From positions 1 through 61,148 of IMG/VR virus record IMGVR_UViG_3300037408_000144: DNA of 61,148 nucleotides. One strand, given 5' to 3'. The DNA is from a virus. Lineage: Duplodnaviria > Caudoviricetes. Each line of letters begins with the position of its first letter. Within the stretch, counting starts at the first letter, position 1. A program made the translations under genes and the position numbers. Below the pieces are notes generated by a model. The model was not told the DNA's origin, did no database searches, and saw only the letters and a list, made by a program, of their open reading frames with translations. Shown one piece after another: positions 54,593 to 61,148 of this stretch.

Positions 54593-55618
54593 ATGGCTGG
54601 AATTACCCCCGCAGCAGTTACCGCGGTAACTGGCTCATTCGCCACCAACCCGTCGTACTCGGGTACCTTCATCCCGACCCTGTGGTCGGCCAAGCTGAAC
54701 GCGAAGTTCTACACGGCTTCGACGTTCGCCGACATCTGCAACCGCGACTGGGAAGGCGACGTCTCGAACCTTGGCGACAAGGTCGTGATCAACAACATCC
54801 CGAACATCACGATCAGCAACTACTCGGCTGGCTCGACCCTGACTTACCAGGTGCCGACGCCGAACACGGTTGAGCTGGCGCTGGACAAGGCGAAGTACTT
54901 CGGCTTCCAGGTCAACGATGTGCTGGAGTTCCAGGCCAAGCCGGATCTGATGAACACCTTCTCCGACGACGCTTCGGAGCAGATGCGCATTGCGATCGAC
55001 TCGACCTGCATCTACGGCTCGTTCATGCAGGGCGACGCGGACAACCGCGGCACCGCCGCGGGCGTGGGCAACTACGGCATGGGTACGGACGCGACTCCCA
55101 TCGCGTTGAACGCGACCGCCGGCAACGCCAACAACGTGCTGACCAAGATCCTGGAAATGGCTTCGGTGTTGGACGAGCGCAACGTGCCGGAGAGCAACCG
55201 CTGGATCGTGATCGACCCGGCAGCCCGCGTCCTGCTGATGCAGACCAACCTGGCCCAGGCCAACCTGATGGGTGACGCCAAGTCCCCGGTGCGCAACGGC
55301 ATGATCGGCATGATCGACCGCTTCAAGGTCTACGTGTCGAACAACCTGCCGCGCGGCGCCGCCGGCACGGCCCCCACCGGCAACTGGGTCTCCGGCGACG
55401 GCACGGAAACCTCGGTCGCAGTCGTTGGCACGGGCGTGGCGCGTAAGGCGATCATCGCTGGCCACACCAGCGCCGTCGCGTTCGCGTCGCAAATCTCGAA
55501 GGTCGAGACGCTGCGCAACCCGACGGACTTCGGCGACTACATCCGCGGCCTGCAGATTTTCGGTCACAAGGTGGTCGTTCCGACCGCGCTGGTCACGATG
55601 GTCGCTACCGCCGCTTGA
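54593..55618 (+). CDS. Major capsid protein
   Basis: FIPTLWS, WEGDV..GDKV, DKAKYF, DFGDYIRGLQIFG; followed by a terminator. Confidence 0.9.
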   Translation: MAGITPAAVTAVTGSFATNPSYSGTFIPTLWSAKLNAKFYTASTFADICNRDWEGDVSNLGDKVVINNIPNITISNYSAGSTLTYQVPTPNTVELALDKAKYFGFQVNDVLEFQAKPDLMNTFSDDASEQMRIAIDSTCIYGSFMQGDADNRGTAAGVGNYGMGTDATPIALNATAGNANNVLTKILEMASVLDERNVPESNRWIVIDPAARVLLMQTNLAQANLMGDAKSPVRNGMIGMIDRFKVYVSNNLPRGAAGTAPTGNWVSGDGTETSVAVVGTGVARKAIIAGHTSAVAFASQISKVETLRNPTDFGDYIRGLQIFGHKVVVPTALVTMVATAA

Positions 55619-55629
55619 TGCACTAGCAT

Positions 55630-55641
55630 CTAACGTGTAAG
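55630..55641. promoter_or_regulatory. Palindrome, 1 mismatch (CTAACGTGTAAG), followed by TACAAT
   Basis: Intergenic. Confidence 0.6.
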
Positions 55642-55650
55642 AGCGTACAA

Positions 55651-55683
55651 TACGCCCGGGTTCGTCCCGGGCGTAGTTTTTCT
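55651..55683 (+). terminator. Intrinsic terminator after the capsid gene
   Basis: TACGCCCGGG-TTCGT-CCCGGGCGTA-GTTTTTCT. Confidence 0.85.
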
Positions 55684-55693
55684 GGAGACCGAA

Positions 55694-56353
55694 TTGGGTA
55701 CCATCACTGCACAAGCGATCATCGACAAGGCGCAGACGATCCTCCAGGACACCACCGAGGTTCGGTGGACTGAGACGGAGCTGCTGGGCTGGTTGAACGA
55801 CGGGCAGCGCGAGATTGCGATCATGCGCCCCGACCTGTTCTCGGTGCTTGCCAACGTCACATGTGTCGCCGGCACTAAACAGTCCATACCCGCCAACGGT
55901 ACCGCGCTGTTGCGGGTGATCCGCAACATGGGGGTAGGCGGCGCTACACCGGGCCGAGCGATCCGCCAAGTTCCTATGGATCTGCTCGACGCCAACGTGC
56001 CGGACTGGCACACCAAGGCGTCGGCGACGGAGATCCTGCACGTCGCCACCGACCCGAAGATGCCGAAGGTGTTCTACACGTACCCACCGGCCACGGTTTC
56101 GACCCAGTTGGAGGTTCTGTACGGCGCCTCGCCGACTGACGTTGCTGCCAAGGGCAATGCAATCGGTGTGGACGACGTGTTCGCCACCCCGCTGATCGAC
56201 TACCTGTGCTTCCGCGCCTACAGCAAGGACCAGGACTTGACTGGCAACACCGAGCGTGCGACCAGCCACCTCCAGAAGTTCACCAGCACGGTCAACGCCA
56301 AGACCGCTGCCGACAGCGCCGTCGTGGCCAACAACCTGAACGTCAAGGGCTGA
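55694..56353 (+). CDS. Head-tail adaptor (DUF6682-like)
   Basis: RWTETELLGWLNDGQREI..RPD; FYTYPP; FRAYSKD; TTG start with GGAG SD. Confidence 0.8.
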   Translation: MGTITAQAIIDKAQTILQDTTEVRWTETELLGWLNDGQREIAIMRPDLFSVLANVTCVAGTKQSIPANGTALLRVIRNMGVGGATPGRAIRQVPMDLLDANVPDWHTKASATEILHVATDPKMPKVFYTYPPATVSTQLEVLYGASPTDVAAKGNAIGVDDVFATPLIDYLCFRAYSKDQDLTGNTERATSHLQKFTSTVNAKTAADSAVVANNLNVKG

Positions 56354-56354
56354 C

Positions 56355-57014
56355 GTGAAGCGTCTCAGTTCGTTCCTTCCCTGGGTGGTCCCCCACGCGA
56401 TGGGGGTGACGGACATGTACGCCGAGCAGGCGGTACGTGACGCGTGCATCGAGTTCTGCGAGCGCACGGAGATCATTCAGGGCGTCGACGCGTACTCGAC
56501 GGTGTCCGGTACGGCGGAATACGACATCCAGGCTCCTACCCAGCAGCGCTTGGTGCGGGTGGTTCGCGTCACGTACAACGCTGTCGAGCTAGCCCCTGTG
56601 GCCATCGACGAAGTCAAGCACGGCGCCGCCATGCGGGCCGGAGTCGACACCACGGTGGCTTCGGACAGCGGCACACCGTACTGCTTCTACCAGCGCACCC
56701 CGAGCGACACGGCGATCTACTTGTGGCCCGTGCCTAACACCTCGGTGACCGGCGCCCTGGGCGTTCGCGCGGCGTTCGCGCCTACACGCACCTGCAACCA
56801 GGTCGAGGACGACCTGTACGACGTATGGATCACCGAGATCGTCAGTGGCGCTCTGGCGAAGCTGTTGATCACCCCAGGTCAGCCGTTCACGAACTCGTCG
56901 CTGGCGGAGCACCACCGCAAGCAGTTCGAGTCCGGGATGGCCAAGGCCATCGGCGACGCCAAGCGCGGGGCAACGCGCGGGGCGCTGCGGGTTCAGCCTA
57001 GGGCGTTCGCCTAG
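56355..57014 (+). CDS. Second adaptor / tail tubular A-like protein
   Basis: AVRDACIEFCERT, LWPVP, GALAKL..PGQPF. Confidence 0.75.
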   Translation: MKRLSSFLPWVVPHAMGVTDMYAEQAVRDACIEFCERTEIIQGVDAYSTVSGTAEYDIQAPTQQRLVRVVRVTYNAVELAPVAIDEVKHGAAMRAGVDTTVASDSGTPYCFYQRTPSDTAIYLWPVPNTSVTGALGVRAAFAPTRTCNQVEDDLYDVWITEIVSGALAKLLITPGQPFTNSSLAEHHRKQFESGMAKAIGDAKRGATRGALRVQPRAFA

Positions 57015-57022
57015 GAGGCGGC

Positions 57023-57262
57023 GTGAAAGAATACTTCTGGAACATCTTCATTGCCTTGACGCAGCTTCTCAACACGTTGACGGGCGGCTGGCCGGACGAG
57101 TCCACATCGAGCCGCGTGTACCGGCTGTCTCAGGCGGGGATGCCGCGAGCGAAGGTGATCCACGCCGCCATCGACAAGCTGTTCTTCTGGCAGCGGAACC
57201 ACTGCAAGAGCGCATACGACGAAGAGCGCAAGCGCTACCAGTTCCCACCGACGTTGAGGTAA
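57023..57262 (+). CDS. Hypothetical protein
   Basis: GGAGG SD; QLLNTLTGGWPDESTSSR..IDKLFFWQRNHC. Confidence 0.75.
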   Translation: MKEYFWNIFIALTQLLNTLTGGWPDESTSSRVYRLSQAGMPRAKVIHAAIDKLFFWQRNHCKSAYDEERKRYQFPPTLR

Positions 57263-57265
57263 GTC

Positions 57266-57595
57266 ATGCCCATTCAGATCAGTCAGTACGAGACGAAGCC
57301 TGCGGTCGCCATCAACGAGGTTCACGTCAGCGAGCTTCGCATCATCATCACCGAGGAAGACGCCGCCAAGGCGCAGGTTCGCATCGTCTACAAGCTGTTC
57401 GGGCGCGACGCAGAGGGGCGCAAGCACTTCCAGCCGCAGCAGAAGGTGCTGCAGATCGAGGACGCCTTCACAGAGGCTATGAGTCGTGCCATGCAGGGCG
57501 ACATGGTGCTGGCGCAAGCCCTCGGGGCCATCGAGGCTGCGGTGGCGGGGCTGATCCAGCAGACCGGCGAGGTCGGTGAGGCCACGGTGGTCTGA
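57266..57595 (+). CDS. Hypothetical protein
   Basis: GAGGT SD. Confidence 0.75.
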   Translation: MPIQISQYETKPAVAINEVHVSELRIIITEEDAAKAQVRIVYKLFGRDAEGRKHFQPQQKVLQIEDAFTEAMSRAMQGDMVLAQALGAIEAAVAGLIQQTGEVGEATVV

Positions 57596-57603
57596 GGTAG
57601 CCA

Positions 57604-59907
57604 ATGGCCTTTCTAGTCGCCGCTGAGAGTGCGTCGTCGGCTGCGGCTGCGACCTACACTCAGCCCATCCCTGCGGGGCACCAGCAGAACGATCTTCTGC
57701 TGGCCGCGATCTATCAGGACGGCGGGGCCACGGCTTTCAGCGCGTTGCCGTCCGGGTGGGCGTTTCTGTCGTCACCAGCGCAGGCCGCAGAGAACGCGCA
57801 GCGCACGCACTTCGCTTGGAAGATCGCCGCCAATAGCAGCGAGGCAGATTTTTCCGTCACTGGCGCCACGGAAGAATGGGGCGTCACCATCATGGTCTGG
57901 CGCGGGGTCAATACCTCTACACCCTTCCACGGCACGGCGATCCGCACCAGCATCGCTGCATCTGCCGCGCCAGCATCCAGCGGTTCATACACCACTTCGA
58001 CATCGAACGTCACCGTTCTGTACGTGCTGGGCTACGACGGTACAGATCGTCGCGGCATGCCGGCAACCCCGTCTGATCTGACCTTCGTGTCCAAGCTGGA
58101 CTGCGAGGCGGCGGGCTTCTTGGGCATCGGCTACCGCAACCAGATTTCGGCTGGCACCGCGCCTGCCGTGACATTCCGCGTCAACAACTCCGACGGCGGC
58201 TCGTTTTGGGTTCTCGGCATCGCGGATGATGGCAACGGGAACATGGGGCCTGACTCTCGTCAGACCTATGAAGTCGTCGCCTACCACGGCGAGTACGCCT
58301 CGGCGCACGACACCGGCATCACATGGAACGCGCTGACCGGCATCACGGGATTGGTTGGACAGACCATCGACGGCATTGGAATAGACACCACTGCGCCAAC
58401 CACGCTATCTATAACCAGTACCGTAAGCTCCGAGTGGAACAGGAACGAGTCCTCCAGCGTCGAAGCGCTGTCCAACCTGTCTTTCTCCAACAGCCTTGGA
58501 AGCGATGCTTGGGTAGGCGGGTCGTATCTGCTGCCCTCGACCACCGATATGTCGAACCGGCTGCTGCACGTTCGCATCACGTACAGCAACTTCGCCAGCC
58601 CTCTAGGCGACAAGGGTTTCATCGTTGTCCTTGAGGACACTGGCGGGGGTTGGGCCGCGTTCCGCGTGTCCGTCAAGAGCGGGCTATCTTCCATTGCCAA
58701 CTCCAGCACTGCGGCCATCATCGACCTGCAGAACTGGACCCCGCTGGCATCAGCCGGGACAATGAACTGGAACTCGATCCGGCGCATCGGATACGGCATG
58801 CATCGCGTCGCCGGATCGACCGGCACCCGCACCATAGGCCCGAAGGACATCTTCCTTCTTCCGAAGGCCATCATGGTGGGTGGTAGCGCCAACTCTCCGT
58901 GCAGCGCGGCCGCACTGGAGCCCATGTTGCGCGGCTGGTCAGACGAGCCGCTGATGTTCGCTCTGCAGGGGGCAGGTCAGGGCCTTTCTCGCGGCTCAGT
59001 GCAGTTCGGTGACGGCAGCGCCAAGACCTACGTCGATGCCAAGGCCACCAGTTTCGAGTACCCGCGCCCGTTCAACGCGAGTGTGGCGCGCCGCAGTTGG
59101 CAAGTCGCCGAAGGCACCAACGAGCTTCGTATCAGGGCCGCTTCCACCGACACGGTACGGTACTCGACTGCCGTCGCAGCTACATCGTCCCGTCAGCGGT
59201 TCATCATCGACTCCACCAGCAGCGCCAGCGCGACATACGACTTCTCGGGCCTTGCGCTTGTCGGCTGGTCCGTGGAGAACAACGTCTCCGGCGTAGCCTT
59301 CAATGAGGTCACTTTCAGCGGTTGCTACACCATCACCCTGAACGGCGGGTCGATGTCGGGATGCACGGTGGGCGGCTCGCTGGCAACTTCGGCGGTCGTC
59401 ACAAACAATCCTGCGAACATCAGTAACTGCCACTTCGATCAAGGCAGCGCCGGTCACGCCATCGAAATCACGTCCCCGGGCACCTACACATTCGCCGGCA
59501 ACGTGTTCGACGGGTACGGCACCGCAGGTTCTACCGATGCGGCGATCTACAACAACAGCGGCGGCACGGTCACGCTGAACATCACGGGTGGCGGCAGCAC
59601 ACCGACCGTGCGCAACGGCGCGAGCGCATCAACCACGATCAACAACAACATCACCCTGACGCTCAACAACGTTGTGGTCGGGTCGGCCATCCGCATCGAG
59701 AAAGTGTCGGATGGGTCACTGGTTGAGTTCCGCGTGGCCGATGCGACAACCGAAGCCTTCGCGGTTGCGGCGAGCAACAACTACCGAGTGAAGGTGCGCA
59801 AGGGCACAGCCGCGCAGAAGTACCTGCCGTTCGAGACACAGACTGGCACCGTTACGTTGGACACACCCATCTTCGTGTCCCAAATTCCAGACACCATTGC
59901 AGCGTAG
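57604..59907 (+). CDS. Large beta-rich virion / tail-associated protein
   Basis: 767 aa, S/T/G-rich; beta-helix-like C-terminal part. Confidence 0.7.
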   Translation: MAFLVAAESASSAAAATYTQPIPAGHQQNDLLLAAIYQDGGATAFSALPSGWAFLSSPAQAAENAQRTHFAWKIAANSSEADFSVTGATEEWGVTIMVWRGVNTSTPFHGTAIRTSIAASAAPASSGSYTTSTSNVTVLYVLGYDGTDRRGMPATPSDLTFVSKLDCEAAGFLGIGYRNQISAGTAPAVTFRVNNSDGGSFWVLGIADDGNGNMGPDSRQTYEVVAYHGEYASAHDTGITWNALTGITGLVGQTIDGIGIDTTAPTTLSITSTVSSEWNRNESSSVEALSNLSFSNSLGSDAWVGGSYLLPSTTDMSNRLLHVRITYSNFASPLGDKGFIVVLEDTGGGWAAFRVSVKSGLSSIANSSTAAIIDLQNWTPLASAGTMNWNSIRRIGYGMHRVAGSTGTRTIGPKDIFLLPKAIMVGGSANSPCSAAALEPMLRGWSDEPLMFALQGAGQGLSRGSVQFGDGSAKTYVDAKATSFEYPRPFNASVARRSWQVAEGTNELRIRAASTDTVRYSTAVAATSSRQRFIIDSTSSASATYDFSGLALVGWSVENNVSGVAFNEVTFSGCYTITLNGGSMSGCTVGGSLATSAVVTNNPANISNCHFDQGSAGHAIEITSPGTYTFAGNVFDGYGTAGSTDAAIYNNSGGTVTLNITGGGSTPTVRNGASASTTINNNITLTLNNVVVGSAIRIEKVSDGSLVEFRVADATTEAFAVAASNNYRVKVRKGTAAQKYLPFETQTGTVTLDTPIFVSQIPDTIAA

Positions 59908-59916
59908 GAGTAGGCC

Positions 59917-61148
59917 GTGGCTTACGTCAACATCCCCACCCTGACCGACTGGCAGTACGACGAGTCGATCAAGAAGCTCAAGCACAACACGGGCACGGTC
60001 CGCGTGACGGTCAACACGCTGTACACGGCGTTGATGGACCTGATCGACGACGAGGTGTTCATCGACTCGACGGTGCCGATGTCGGCGCAGACGCCGACCG
60101 AGTACACGCTGATCAACGGCTGGGAATTCTCGGCGGATTCCGACCTGGGTTACCTGTACGGCGGCTCCATCGTGGTCGAGAAGGCCACGACCAACAAGGA
60201 CGTCTGGGCCAACTTCTATACCCTGGGCACCATCGAGCCCGATGCGGTGATGTACATCTACCAGAACGGCGCCCTGGTGTCGTCGCATCCTGGGTACGCG
60301 CAAGGTCACATCGACCAGTTGGTGAAGGTAATCTCTGGCGGCGCAGCGGTGGCCACCGATGCAGAAGACCGCGCGGTCGTGATCTTCGCGCGGAACAACG
60401 CGGCAAGTAACGCCGACCTGTACGACCACTTCCGCTCGCAAGCCACGCTGACCGGCGGTCGCAACCCGGTGCCTATCGCCACCTCGCCGGATACGAACGA
60501 TGACGGCGGCGGAAGCTCCGTCGTTGGGGTCACGGTGGCCTTCGGCGCGACCAGCCAGGACATCGGAGACGGCAACGGAGCGCAGGATTACGCCGTAACT
60601 ATCAACGGTGGCGGCAACACGGTTGCTAACGTCTACAAGTACCTGAAGTACATCACTCGGCGTGAGAATACTTCCGCGGTTGGCACAGGCACATCGGTGC
60701 AGGGCCGGTTCTACCGCGCAGCGGGTTCATGGCCCGAAGTCAAGGCGGCGCCGTTCGGCACCTTCGCTGGCGGCAAGTTCTTCGGTGCCCGGGGCGTGTG
60801 GGTCACCAACGTACAGGACCCCAACAACCGCTCACTGGTCGACTCCAACGGCGTACCCCGCATCCCGCCGACACAGTTCACCGTCACGGTGACGGGCGTG
60901 GTGTCCGGCGACCGCGTGCTGGTGGCGCGCTCCTCGGCCGGCGCAGTCAACAAGAGCCAGTTCACGATCTCCTCGACCACGGCCAGCACCATCGTCGTCA
61001 CGACCTCTCCCAGCGCCGACATCCCGACCAGCGGCGTCATTCGTGTGGGGGACACGCGTTTCACCTACTCGGGCCGCAGTGGGTCGACCTTCAGCGGTGT
61101 GAGCCCGTCGCCGAGCGGACAGACCGGCGCTTGCTGGGTGCCGCTGAT
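59917..61148 (+). CDS. Virion structural protein (469 aa when joined through to 316); absent from the ORF track
   Basis: AGGAG SD, GTG at 59917; open to the window end and in frame across the overlap. Confidence 0.85.
   Translation, partial: MAYVNIPTLTDWQYDESIKKLKHNTGTVRVTVNTLYTALMDLIDDEVFIDSTVPMSAQTPTEYTLINGWEFSADSDLGYLYGGSIVVEKATTNKDVWANFYTLGTIEPDAVMYIYQNGALVSSHPGYAQGHIDQLVKVISGGAAVATDAEDRAVVIFARNNAASNADLYDHFRSQATLTGGRNPVPIATSPDTNDDGGGSSVVGVTVAFGATSQDIGDGNGAQDYAVTINGGGNTVANVYKYLKYITRRENTSAVGTGTSVQGRFYRAAGSWPEVKAAPFGTFAGGKFFGARGVWVTNVQDPNNRSLVDSNGVPRIPPTQFTVTVTGVVSGDRVLVARSSAGAVNKSQFTISSTTASTIVVTTSPSADIPTSGVIRVGDTRFTYSGRSGSTFSGVSPSPSGQTGACWVPL
61011..61148. repeat. Terminal direct repeat / circular assembly overlap, right copy
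   Basis: Matches 1-138 with one mismatch. Confidence 0.95.

Overview
The window looks like the complete genome (~61,010 bp) of a GC-rich tailed dsDNA phage, probably podovirus-like and probably infecting a proteobacterium (Betaproteobacteria is a guess). Bases 1-138 repeat at 61011-61148 with one mismatch, and one structural gene reads through that join. The + strand arm (45653 to the end, then 1-17734) carries terminase, portal, lysis genes, scaffold, capsid, adaptors, tail, fibre and ejection proteins, including a 2205-aa PLxRFG protein. The - strand arm (44968 to 17704) carries early genes, an amidoligase + GATase pair, DUF932, a family A DNA polymerase, nucleases, a SNF2 helicase, an Acb2-like anti-CBASS protein, a probable SSB and a primase-helicase. 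Main finding: the polymerase contains a 301-aa intein whose HNH-type homing endonuclease is not fused in frame. It is a separate gene with its own Shine-Dalgarno, nested in the +1 frame inside the intein. Other highlights: two apparent +1-frame genes nested in the PLxRFG protein on either side of an HExxH domain; a genome-wide CTAAC-NN-GTTAG palindrome overlapping -10 boxes; two boxA elements in the early leader; a 5'-truncated integrase abutting a dusA-like att site; and an unlisted secreted 6-Cys peptide. All calls come from motif recognition by eye; no searches were run. No tRNA, rRNA, CRISPR array or reverse transcriptase was seen.
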